Shown: positions 10,645-22,175 of the stretch, piece by piece
Numbering within the stretch: position 1 is the first letter of the stretch
Layout: every line of letters begins with the position of its first letter
NCBI RefSeq assembly: GCF_000400465.1
Contig: NW_008806275.1
Coordinates: 555,741 to 587,740, forward strand
Direction of reading: 5' to 3'
Origin: Wallemia ichthyophaga EXF-994
Taxonomy: Eukaryota > Fungi > Basidiomycota
Length of the DNA stretch: 32,000 nucleotides
Notes under the pieces: generated by a model
What the model was told of the DNA's origin: nothing
Databases searched by the model: none
Seen by the model: the letters and a program-made list of their open reading frames with translations, nothing else
Position numbers and translations under genes: made by a program

Positions 10645-10812
10645 CGCTGTTTATGTCAAGGGTGTCGCTGAGTGCCCGAATCTGTAGGCAGGTGATGTGA
10701 TGTACGAAAATGGATAAATATATCTGAGATTGCTATATTAGTCTATGTATATTTCTATGTATTTGTATTCGTTCGCCACCATTCTAGCACCGTCCACTCA
10801 AACAATCATCAT

Positions 10813-11174
10813 ATGTTCTGTTTGGTGGGATTCTTGTTTGGTGTACACAAATACATTTCTAACGTCATCTACAGCGATGGTGGCTCCTCTTGTTCCTCCT
10901 CCCTTTCCCTTCAGCCCCGACGTTAATCCTTAGCCTGTTCATGCTCAGTTACCTATTATACCAGAAACCGTGTCCTTATTGCTTTGTATTGCTCCTTTGT
11001 CTATTTGGCTCCACGTGCCATTGGAATACACGCAGCAGCCAGCACACGGACGCCGTCGACACAATACACGATATCAAGCCATGCTGGTTCAGAAACTCAG
11101 CTCCCTCTGCGACGCATAAAGCCTATCAATTCGATCTACGTGGTATAGGTTCTCAACTGATTATAGAAATCTAA
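10813..11174 (+). CDS. BLCAP/BC10 (bladder cancer-associated protein) family small membrane protein, 103 aa; 2 exons
   Basis: 12-nt first exon ATGTTCTGTTTG (10813-10824), 50-nt intron gtggga...ctaac...ctacag, exon 10875-11174. Product MFCLRWWLLLFLLPFP...FMLSYLLYQKPCPYCFVLLLCLFGSTCHW matches the BLCAP pattern MYCLQWLLPVLLIP...LSFLLERKPCTIC...SCW as I recall it. Confidence 0.85.
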
Positions 11175-11208
11175 TACATAATTTATTCCTTCTATTCCTC
11201 TATCTCCT

Positions 11209-12562
11209 TCACTTGAGCTTGACATAGCCTCTCTTAGCTGCTGTTTGAAACTCATCTAATCTCACTGTCTGAGCGAACTCATCTAACACTGAGCGCGCAA
11301 ATACTACCACATGCGGCCACCACTCGTGTGCGAATCCTCCTTCGAGCAATGGCCACGCGAAGCCACCACCTGCGTGTCCTCCAATACCCAGCACGCTATC
11401 TGGATCGAGCGATTCGCTGGGTGTGTCTTTATCTCCCATTTTCACCCTACGTATGCTATCGCATTTCACGCCTAACGACGCTGCTCTATCGCGATCATAC
11501 CTCATCTCCTCGCTGTCCTCAGGGCTCTCGCCTTCATTCCCACTTGCACTTGCACTCTCACTGCCGCCGAGATACCCACCCACTGCGCGCGCCCACGTCC
11601 TTGGGAACTTGAGCTTGAGTGAGGTGCTCGGAAATTTATCTATAGCCTTATCGAGAATCTCCTTTGCCTTTTCCTTGCGTTTGTGATTCTCTATGCTTTT
11701 GGCGAGGAGCTGCGTCGCCAGTTCCGCCATGGTGTCACCGCCCGTCCGCTGCAGCTTGATAGACTTGTGGAAGAGCTGCGTGGCGTCGATAGTAGCAATT
11801 TGGAAGAGCACAAGAGCGTACACCAGCAGTGCGAGCCCCTGCATATGCGCGAGCAGCTGTGGCGGCAGGCTGTGAGGGTGACATTGAGTTTGGGTGTCGG
11901 GGTCGGCAAGCGCATCCCACTTGGAGCGCGCAAACTTAGCAAGCGGTTCGAGGCTGTGCCAGTTCTGTATGTTCGGCACACTGCTGCGGTCTTCGCACCA
12001 GAACCCGTACACATACATCAGCACGGCATCGACAAGTTCGCAGCTGGCGAGTATTTTCAGAGTGTGGCTCGATCCACTCGAGTTTCCGCTAGCGCTGGCA
12101 TTAGCAGTTGCACTCCCACTCCCACTCTCGCTCGCCGCCTTCGATGCCTGCTGATAGTGGCGATCGCCGAGGTGCTTCATATTCCGTCCGCGGTCTTTAT
12201 ATCTGCGATGCGCTGTGAGCACTGGAATTACAGACAGCACTACACCCACAATATCGACGTATCTTTGTAGTCTTGCGTGCTCCAGTTGCGACGTGCACTG
12301 CTCACTTCTATCCGCGGCGTCGAGGCTGAGCTGGCAAACGAGTTGTTGGATGATTTGGGAGTATCTTGCGTGATATGCGTGCTTGTATGTCCTAATCGCC
12401 GCGTCTTCACTGGTCGATACGCATCAGTTATCCTCGCTGGTAGCATTGCAGGCAATGTCTCTATCAGCTGCGCACGGTAAGTCGTAGGCTATCAACTATC
12501 CCACTCCCGCTCACCTCCATACACCGCTTAGCTGTCTCTCTCTCCCCATTTCTATTTGTCAT
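11209..12562 (-). CDS. Protein with an Ebp1-C / AFF C-terminal-homology-like helical domain; 3 exons
   Basis: Model: 12562-12515, 12467-12250, 12202-11209 (two 47-nt introns, gtgagc..gcag and gtgggt..cgcag). The motif YKDRGRNMKHLGD...CELVDAVLMYVYGFW...NWHSLEPLAKFARSKW resembles the AFF CHD (EAKKLKHNAD...YLDAVVSF) and fungal Ebp1-C. The CDS is well supported; the family call is tentative. Confidence 0.6.
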
Positions 12563-12691
12563 CGCAGGGCAGATGAACGCACTCAGTATCGAGTATCGTA
12601 CTATCGTTATCAAATCATGTAAAAACCGCAAAAAGGAAATAATGTATCAGGGTATTTTATGTTATATATTATACATTATAATATATTCAAA

Positions 12692-15600
12692 CTACTTGGT
12701 CTGGCTCAAACTCATCGAGCTCGAGTTCCCATTGGCATTAGTCGAGCCTTTGAGTGCATTAACGCGGAGGGCATGTAAGGAGGACGTTGAGTTGACAGCT
12801 GGTATGCTTCCTATACTGTTTGGTGTTATTGGCGTTAGTAAGCTAGGCGTCTGCGGTCTGCTCGGCTGCGGTGTCCTATTGTGAGCCATATGCGCCTTGA
12901 TGAGGTGTCCAGCAGCTAAAGCGCCCATAAGTGATAGTTCGCCTGCCATCACTGACGCGCATATAATTCTTGCCAATCTCTGTGCATTCGCTCCTGGCTC
13001 TACTTGGTTCGCTCCCTTCACTCCCAGCAGCTCCAGCATTGCACTCTGCGGTGACAGGACAGTACCACCGCCGACTGTACCTACTTCTATAGATGGCATC
13101 GAGCAACTTATAAGTAAGTCCTTGTCATCATTAATGCTGTAGCTAGTCAGCTATATTCGCACTTTCTCTCCCTCTCGTACTCACCCCTCCATCAATGTTA
13201 TGCAATTGCTCGACTCCACATTCTGCGCAGGATCCTGGCCTGTCGCTAGATATACAGCAGTGAGTATATTCGCCGCATGTGCATTAAATCCCCCAATACT
13301 CCCCGCCATAGCTGAACCGACGAGATTCTTTTTATAATTGAGTCTAACGAGATCTTTGACTGTAGATTTGAGTACATTCTTGACTACATCACCAGGGATA
13401 ACACACTCCGCGACAACCGACTTGCCTCTACCTTCGATCCAGTTGATAGCAGCTGGTTTCTTATCCGTGCAGTAGTTACCGCTAAGGGCGAGTGTCTCCA
13501 TCGATGGGAAGTGTTCCGACTTGAGAGCCGAGAGGGCTTTCTCGACTCCCTTGCTGATCATATTCATCCCCATAGCGTCACCTGTAGTGGTATCAAAGCG
13601 AACATAAAGGGTGCGACCAGCAAGTGTGCACTTAAGTTTCTGCAGCTTAGCGAAACGTGAAGTCTGATTAAAGTTATTCATCATATACAGTGCTCCTTCA
13701 GCGCTGTCGATGAACCGTTTGCACAAGCTAGCGTCAATGACGGAGGGGAATTCGAGGGCGGGGCCGCGTGTCATACCGTCACGCGTGAGAACCGTAGTAG
13801 CACCCCCACCAGCGTTGATCGCCTTGCAGCCACGTGAGGTCGACGCTACGAGAGTACCCTCTGTCGTTGCCATTGGAATTGGCGTTAGGTCCCCGTCGAT
13901 CTGCAATGGTCCGGCTATACCGACTGGGATGGGCATGTATCCTATCACATTTTCGCAACACGCTCCCATCACTTGTTTATAGTCGAATCCGCGCATTGGC
14001 AGCTTGGAGTGCTCGAGGGTGGCAGTGGTGGATTGGCGTGATATTACTGCTCGACGGATTTTCACCGCTCGCTCGAAATCTCCTAACATTTTCTCGAGCG
14101 CGTACATCGGGATTTTAGCTTGCTGTACTAACATTACGTATTCTTCATCACTAAACTCTGTCGCTGGGTTCACGGAGCCGGGAGATTCTTTAGATTTAGC
14201 GAGTAGTCCAACACACTCCTCTGCACTCCTACGTCCAAAGTGCGGCTCGTGGGCTGGTGTGACGCTTTCCACTTTAGGATGACCAGTGTGGCCAGCATCG
14301 TTGATTAACAGTGGCCGCTCTATTTCGTTCACTGAAGGAAGAGCTGGTGGGACGGATGGTAAGCTGTGTACTTTATCAGCTGTCTCCTTCATTTTCTGCA
14401 TGTGATATGATTTCAGTTTTAGTGAATCTTGATCGTCGGTGGGGTTCAAATGGCGCCTAGCTGCTATCGAGCCCTTGTTGTCAATCTGAACTGTATAAGA
14501 GCCACTTCCACCGCCTAATCCTTTAAGGAGGTATCCATTAAGGAAGATGGAGGAGCCTAGGATGAGCACTATCCACTTTGACATGACAGGATCTCCAACT
14601 AGGTGCGTCCATCCGCTCATAAAGTCCTCCAGCACAGCTAAAGAGGCCACCTTGGTGTGATTGGTGCTGTGGGTATTCTCGAGAAATGCTGTTGCGCGAC
14701 TGAAAGCACCATCACCAAAGACCGAACCTTTATCGGAAGAGTCACTCATGAACCTCTTTAAAGAAGTCTGAGATGATAGTGTAGTGAGGAGATTGAGTGA
14801 GTGGAGGATGAGGAATGAAGACAGCAAAAGCACTTTGAGTTTGGTGAGGGGATTGCTAACTTTTGAGTCACTAGTGTAAATGGTGTTCTGTGTGCCGCGC
14901 AGCAACTTGATACGGTGCACCTCAACCATTACTGTCAAAATTGGCGAAAGGAATCCAAACAAGAAAAGACAGTCAAAGGCTATACTGTAGGCGGAGAGGA
15001 TGCAAAACTCTTTCAAACCAGCAGCACCAGATGCAGCGCCTAAAATCAAAACTGCAATTTCAAGTGCAGTGTCGCGTACTATTCTAGGACCAACTTTGCG
15101 ATTCGCGCGGTGGACAATATCTGCGGCGGGAACAGGTGTAGCTAGCTTGACTTGGTTGTGTTGTTGAGAGTCAGAGGGGTGCTCGACTGGAGTGCCAAGG
15201 GTAAAGTAGTCACCTTCTTTGGGGTGGAAGACAGGGGGAGCGAGGTCGTGAGATGAGAAGACAGCGCGTGCGAGAGAGATAGGTTTGTCGAAGCCGATAG
15301 TGATGACTAGAAATGGAAGAGCCTCGAGTAAGTTGATTGGGTCAACTCTTACATTTGAGTAGTAGGCGACAAGACCTGCGCATACGAAAGAGAAGACTGA
15401 AGAGACAATAACTGAAGTGCCTGTGGGGGAAATATTTAGCGGTGGAGGATGAGCTTTGGAGGATACGGACCCAACCAGAACTTGGAGCCCAATTTCTTCA
15501 TTTCGACGAACAAATGGACGAAAGTACCGTGCATGAGGATGTAGCCGATGAGGACGATCATGATATCAACGCTATCAGCGGTCTAATAGCCGCGTTAGGT

Positions 15601-15881
15601 GGGGTAAACAAAGAGAAGACACTGACCTTGGCCAGCGACCAAGTTCTGCCGCCGAAAGCTCTCAAAGCGACAGCCCACCACCAGTCATGTTTGCTGTCAA
15701 TATCGAATTGATCAGCAGTGGCGAAACCTTCGTGTCTAACAGCGTGTGCTAGTTTGAAGTAAGCGAGGGTGACGCTGACAAAGGCAAAAAGAATAGATTC
15801 TATTGGATGGGCTGTAGAGGACTTGGAGACTGCGTTGAAAAGAAACTTTAGTGGAACATTTATGGAAGAATTGAAAGGCAT
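12692..15881 (-). CDS. HMG1: Class I HMG-CoA reductase with HPIH and sterol-sensing domains; at least 4 exons
   Basis: N-terminal AHPIE, sterol-sensing domain [17 protein letters not shown], catalytic motifs [30 protein letters not shown] and [12 protein letters not shown]. Introns near 15580-15625, 15422-15470 and 13130-13185. Confidence 0.97.
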
Positions 15882-16108
15882 TGAAAGTGTGTGTTTAAGT
15901 GCGCAAGACGTTAATGAATGCTAAGCAATGAGATATTTCTATAAAGACAGAAATATACGTTTTGTATGTTGAATACTATTAACTTTCAATATTCAAAATA
16001 TTTCTTCGCCTTTGTTGAAGAGTCCCCAACGAAACGATTTGTTGATCAAAATCAGTTCATTATAAATTTATAAATCGAAATTTATAAAAATTAGTTTTTG
16101 AACAAAAT

Positions 16109-16555
16109 TTATATTTGGTCGGCAGATCTAACCTCTTTGCCTGTTTTGGCTATTCTAGCTTGCACATCTTGTAAGCTTGCTGATCCTGAGAGGGCGATGG
16201 GGATGAGAGATGAGATATTGAGAGATGAACACGCTCACCGTTGACAAGGACAGTCTGAGCATTTAAATCCACTGAAAAGTCTTCAATTCCAGCGTTTGGA
16301 TCCTCTTTTGCTTTGTTCAAGGCTCTAGTGATGGCACCAGAGCAGCCACCGCAGCTGGAATAAGCTTAGATGAGCCACCCCTACAGATCTCTGATAAAAC
16401 TCACGACATTGCAACGTTAAACTGAGATTAAGAGATTAGAGATGAGACAGGTACGACGTGGACGATGACGAACCTTGTACTGAGGAGGGAAATGAGAGTG
16501 TAAGCGTATGCGCTTTGCGTATCGTATATTGCAAAATGCCGCTTACGTTTGCCAT
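16109..16555 (-). CDS. ATX1: Atx1 copper metallochaperone (HMA domain), 74 aa; 5 exons; absent from the ORF track
   Basis: Exons 16555-16547, 16479-16474, 16421-16405, 16354-16239 and 16185-16109 total 225 nt, with all four introns GT-AG. Product MANYKFNVAMSCGGCSGAITRAL...IAKTGKEVRSADQI carries the MxCxxC motif and the C-terminal KTGK. Confidence 0.95.
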
Positions 16556-16675
16556 ATCTGGAATATACTCTTAATTCAAATGACGGTAAAGGTTAAACGC
16601 TGTAAAATAAGAATCAATCCAGTTTAAACCCAATTTAAACCAATTTTACAAATTAATTTAATTGATAAACTAAAT

Positions 16676-17200
16676 TTAAGCCTTGTTAGCCTTCTTTGCC
16701 TTAGCCAAGTTGAGGTTTCCAACTGAGCGGCGTTGCTTCTTCAATAACATGACTTGGAATCTTTCAAAGTCTGAAGTTTGCTTTCTACGCTCAACAGCAG
16801 CCAACTTCTTTGCCCAGGAAGATGCAGCCCACTTGCCGGCGATGTCTGCTGCCTCGAAGTGCTTCTTGACAACAGTTGGGCCTGCACCACGTGGAAGGTT
16901 CTTCAATACATATGGTGTAAGGTTGACGCGACGGAAAGCGATGGCTTGACGCTTGACACCGGTCGTTGGACCTTCAACGATGGCTCTGTTGTGGTCGAGG
17001 ATCTCGGCAATGACCGCGAGCTTGCCAGAGTCTGCACCTTGGTTTACGAGAACGACTGGAGTGGATGATTGTAAGCGTCTATTGAGATTTCAAATACTCC
17101 AACTAACCACGGCCAACTTCAACGTAACGATTGAAAGTTTGTGACTGTCTCGTCAGTTGGAATTTGCAATTTACAGAGCAACACGACAACTTACGCTCAT
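16676..17200 (-). CDS. RPL14: 60S ribosomal protein eL14; 3 exons
   Basis: MS|SQTFNRYVEVGR|VVLVNQGADSGKLAVIAEILDHNRAIVEGP...WAASSWAKKL...TSDFERFQVM; two canonical introns. Confidence 0.97.
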
Positions 17201-17574
17201 TCCGGTCCTGAATTATATCGTTAGCTTTTTCTTCTCTTTTACTTGAGCTTTCCCACCTTTGAATTTACAGCGTGAAGCAGCTCAAGAAGCGAATTCAAAG
17301 TTGACCAAGAGCCTCTCGTCAAATTTTTATTCGAATCAAATCAAATTAAACACATTCCTGTACATCCTAATCACTAATCTGTCTTCCTACTTGTCCTCTC
17401 CTGCTGCCATCTCTTCGCATCTCTTGTCTTGGCTGTGCACCAACCATCTCTGCTACAAACAACACGGCTGCTTGATTGCGCCTTTCTCAATGCCAAGAGC
17501 GCATTCATCTCTCTTCATCTCTACTTCCCACTCTCATCCCCTTTCTCTCCCTTCCTTCTTACCGCCATACACTA

Positions 17575-19832
17575 ATGTCACTCGACGCGCCATGGCTCAA
17601 ACAGTGTCCCGAATTCGTTGAATTGGAGATTGGCGAGAGTGTAGCCAGTCGCACCGAGACCCTCTGTGCGTCTCCCCATATCCACGCCCAACCAATCTCA
17701 TCTTCATCTCAGCAACCTTCAGAGAACTCGGTCCACCAGATCTCTGCCATATCATCAAGTCTCCCACTAGAGCTGGAACCACCAACGATGTGAGTTTTCC
17801 GCTTTCTCCCGCTCTCATTTTCCAACACGTCAATCAGTCTGGCTCTTATCATTATGTCTCTGGAATAGACGCATCCAGCTCAGCCAGCATTGCCATATAC
17901 CTCAACGATCTACTACGCAGTCTCGATATTTCCCAGGGTTGGTTCGCTCCCAACGCCGGCTGGAAAGTCAAGTCTGGTACTTATTGGTCAGTCCTCCAGT
18001 GGTTATTCTCGCCCACCTAACAATCTCCCAGCTGCTACAATGCTTTCTCACGCGTTGACGTGCGCGTACAGGTCAAGATTCCCGGCGGTGTCGACTCATA
18101 CGCCGTCGATCTACGCGGCGAGCGCCACGAGCTCAATTCCTCACTATGGCTCGAGACTTACCTCAGTGCGCACCTCCGCTCGATTCTTTACGCCGATGAT
18201 CCATCGTACAAGCTGTATGGATACAGGAAGTACTCGCCCATTCCGAAACCCGAAGACGAAGAGCGGTTTATCGCCGCCTGTGCGCAGCTCTTCGATAAAG
18301 GCTGGCAGCTTGGATCTGAGCCTGAAATCCAAGTAGCGACGCCGATTAGTAATCACCTCACCAGCGCGATCCTCAAGTATTTCGGTGATAGTGGACGTAT
18401 GTCTCGTGCAGCAAATCTCTTTGAGAAAATCGCCGATCACCAGCGTCGCACTTATGGTGAAGGTCCCGCAGCTGATGTTGATGCTCTTACCGCTCGCGCT
18501 TATATCGGGATGCACGAGGAGACACTCGCAGTGCGCACGCTTAATCGTGCTCTCACTGTTTCGCCGCAATCTTGGCAACTCCTTCATGTCCAGATCGACT
18601 TTTTACGCTCTAAGGGTATGTTCGATTGGGCTGTGCAGCTCGCGCGCCAGGCTGTTGAATGTTCACCTTCTGAGTTTGTCACCTGGGCTAAATTGACTGA
18701 CTGTCTCCTCGACATTGAAGACTTTGAAGCTGCGCTGCTCACTCTCAACAGCTGCCCTATGTTTACATACAACGAACGCGATTTGCACAGGATGCCAACA
18801 CCCATCAAGAATCACTTTCCTATAAAGAAATGGGTTATCGAGTCTAATCTCATCGACGACGACTCGCCGAAAGAAAATGAGGCGGATATAACCCTCCTTA
18901 GATTGCCAGCACCTTCGCTCAGAGGTACTTTCGCTAGAGCTTACGAGCTCCTCACTAGACTCAACGACGCTATCGGTTGGGATGACCTCCTCAAAATCCG
19001 CTCAAAGGTGTTTGTGATGGAAGAGGAATACAGACAACACAAGACGGAGGGTTCTAATGGCACAGCTGCCGATAGCAATGTCATTAAACAGCCTGCTATA
19101 CCTACCATCAAAATATCATCGGATTCCGATCACGAGCGTGAACAATTCAAGAGGGGTGGTTTAGATTTGCACATGGAGAAGGTGGAGAAAATTGAGGAAC
19201 CGGTGCATAACCACGACAACCACGACAACCAACAAGATGGCCAAGGTGAAGGCACAAACACTAACGGAAATACCGCAGAAGAAGATACCGATGATACCTC
19301 GCGAGGCTTATCCTTCAGTGATAAGAAATTGTGCGAACGCTGGCTAGACAATCTGATGCTTGTTCTCTATGAAGATCTCCGCGTACTGACCATCTACAAG
19401 GCTGAACGCTCTCATTTCAAATCACAACAAATGCAATACAGGAAAACAGGAACTGAGTGGGAAATTATTGGTGATTTGTGTCTCAGAATGCATAATAAGG
19501 AAGAATCAAAAGAAGCTTATCAAAAATGTCTCGATCTTAAATTCTCCGCTAGATCTTTTATGAAGTTGATGGAGATTTTTGCTGAGGAGGGTAACACACA
19601 GAAAGCTTTTACTACTGCTACACGGTTAATAGCGTACAATGCTAGATGGTACAACGAATCTGTCTATCCAAACTTCATTAGCTCTCAACTATTCAAGATT
19701 GTCAAGTTGGAGGGTGTCCAGAAACTTGTCTTTATGACCATGTCCCTCGGAAACAACCTACCTATTCAGGCTGAATTGAGCAGGTATTGGGACTATGTTA
19801 AGAACTTCAAAGTTGAAGGTGAGGCTTTCTGA
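17575..19832 (+). CDS. Exomer cargo adaptor, ChAPs family (Bud7/Bch1-like); 4 exons
   Basis: ESVASRTETL|..TFRELGPPDLCHIIK, YHYVSGIDASSSASIAIYLN, CYNAFSRVDVRVQVKIPGGV, TPR region, LNSCPMF, KKLCERWLDNL and TGTEWEIIG. Confidence 0.93.
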
Positions 19833-20120
19833 TTGTATATCCACATATTTTGACTATAAATTTATAAAAAATTCTTTATAAAATGTACAAGGTGGCTTAT
19901 ATTTACTGGTCGATTAATAGACTTATATATCGACATTCTGAAAGTCGAGATTATATAAACGAGCGTGTTAATATCGTGTTGTTTGTGGTGGTAGTGGTGG
20001 TTAGCTTGATTGAAATTAAGTGTAGATCGAAATATTGATGGTGACGAAAGGTTTGTTGATTATGTTCTTTTTATTTTTTTTATACCGCGTTTTTTCATAA
20101 TACTCATACTCATACTCCTC

Positions 20121-21682
20121 TCATCTAGGCTCAACACCTTCACTTTCACACTCCCTCTTATACTCCTCAGCGAGATCAGCTTTACCGTCGTGTCCATACA
20201 ATCCTAAAGCCCATTCTCTAACAAAAGTTGAAGCCTTCAAGAATTTCTTTGAAGCGTATTTTCTATAGAAAGCATCATGCTTGATATCCTTTGACTTGAC
20301 ATAGTCCAGCATAACTTGAGCGCATGGACATAACTCCAAAACTGAGTAGCTTGAGTAGTGTACTAGATTTGGGGTCCATTCACCTCTATCTAAACACATT
20401 CTAGCCAAGTATGTACCAGCAGCTGCTATTTGTGAAGGTGGAAATTGCAACAACTTCTCTTCAACGCAGCTAATCTCCATGAAATACTTTGCCAAAGTCC
20501 TAGTCTCAATGTCGTAGTCATCGGCTTTCGATACTCTTCTTAAGAAGTGGATTGGGTTTGGATATGATAAATCCCAAGACAGAATTTGCAAAACATATTG
20601 CTCAGCCTTGAGTAATTCTGATTCTTCGTAACCGCCATCGGACATATAAACGACGTTTGAAACAGTTGGACACATGACTTCTTCATACTTTGCTGCTATC
20701 AACATGGCAGTCAAACCGACCAATTGTAACTTGATGATTGATACTATCCTCAAAGATAAGAATCTATCAACGATATTGACAGCCAAGAATAAAGTTTCAG
20801 GTAGTAGTCTAAATTTGTGATGAATCTCGATTAACCAGTCAACCAAGACACCTCTCATTCTCCATCTTAACTCCTTTTGATTATCCATGTAGTTTGGATT
20901 GGGCATAGTGTTTTGTTCCAATACTTTCATATACTCAAAGATTTCAATGACGTACTCAGAAACCATTAAAGGATCACCTTCATCTTCTGCGTCAAGATCT
21001 TCCCAACCTTCATCTGCTGGAGGAAGGTTCGCGTTAGTTTTTGCTAACCTGCGTCTGTCCTCATCAGCTTCGAATCTTTGAGCTTCTAATAGTAGTTGCT
21101 CCCTAGGTGAAGAAGTTCTTTGACGCTTCACATCGGGCTCATCTACGTAATCCATCTCATCATCAATTTGTTTCTTCTTGATCTGAGCAGGTCTACCTAT
21201 TTTCGATTTTTGTTGCAAAGAAGTGGCTGTTGGCTTTGTTACTCTACGCTTTGTAGTGTCGATCGGTACACCTTCATCGACAGGCTTAGCGGTAGAGTTC
21301 GAGGTTGATCGAGTAGTACGCTTGCCACCAGGTGGAACAATTGAGGAAGCTGATTCTTTGGATAAAGTAGTTGAAGGCTTCTTCTGGACCAACTTGTCAG
21401 ACTGCTGTGGTGGAAGGGATTTGTCATTGTTTGTATGGGTACGCGTCAAGTCGCCTAAAGCATTTCTTTTACGCTTCCCATCTAGAATTGTGTTATCAGC
21501 TTTCTTTGTGATTGTTGGTTTGGTTGAAATCTGATTGGAGGATATTTTCCGGTTCAAGGTTGAAGGATTTGCAGTAGAATTCTCATCTACATTTCTTGAA
21601 CGCGTAGTTCTACGTATCTGTGTCTTCAATTAGAATTAAGAAAACGCGTATCTACTCCACTACTCACGGGTACAGTGGACAT
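20121..21682 (-). CDS. B-type cyclin; 2 exons
   Basis: First exon MSTVP (21682-21668), then intron gtgagt...cacag. Destruction box RNALGDL; cyclin box MRGVLVDWLIEIHHKFRLLPETLFLAVNIVDRFLS, AAKYEE and FLRRVSKAD. Confidence 0.96.
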
Positions 21683-21932
21683 TTTAGGTAAGTGAGGAGA
21701 TATTCAAAAACGCGAGTGGATGAAATTTGAGACTGATGAGGATAGAGTATTTATGGCGTATGGTCTATTTGCAACTAAATATCAAATTCAGAATTTACTG
21801 AATTCGACGCGATGATGGTTAGGAAAAGCAGGTGGCTGAGGGAATAGATTGTGATGATTTTATATTTTATTTAGACTGTTACCTGGTATGAATATTTCTG
21901 TTTTTCTATTTCGCTACGGGTAGTCTACGCGT
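21600..21932. promoter_or_regulatory. Cluster of MCB-like elements around the cyclin start
   Basis: ACGCGT at 21600 (CDS), 21644 (intron 1) and 21927; ACGCGA at 21710 and 21807. Function inferred from the yeast MBF consensus. Confidence 0.4.
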
Positions 21933-22175
21933 GCACAGCAGCTACCCAGCCAATTCACTTCCGTGCACGGCGATATCCACATCCACGCTCCGCAAAGATT
22001 TAAAGGGTGATAATAAAACGTTAGTCAAATCTTAAATATTCATATCTAAGCTTTCATTTCTATACCAATTCTTTTACTCTCCCAAATCTCCCACTATCTA
22101 CGTCAATTTCCAGACTTAATCAAGACATATATTAATATTTCCAATTACGCTTTAAACGGTTTAAAACATCCTCGT

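Noticed and set aside
11683-12270. 195-aa plus-strand ORF, and other antisense ORFs such as 6148-6636, 18144-18587 and 97-489 extended past its intron
   Set aside because: They are shadows of real genes on the opposite strand or unspliced read-through, with no recognisable motifs.
16060-16095. AT palindromes TATAAATTTATA here and near 19855, and the 11-bp tandem ATGATATTCA at about 9569
   Set aside because: They lie in AT-rich 3' UTR/terminator gaps and are most simply 3'-end low-complexity sequence; no transposon ends or target-site duplications.
1811-16555. Ctr transporter and Atx1 chaperone as a copper gene cluster
   Set aside because: They are about 14 kb apart with some ten unrelated housekeeping genes between them; co-occurrence in a gene-dense genome is plausibly chance.
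531-19832. Apparent secretory/ERAD theme (Vps29, Sec65, Derlin, HMGR, ChAP)
   Set aside because: These are common functional classes interspersed with unrelated genes, and I saw no shared motif or arrangement.
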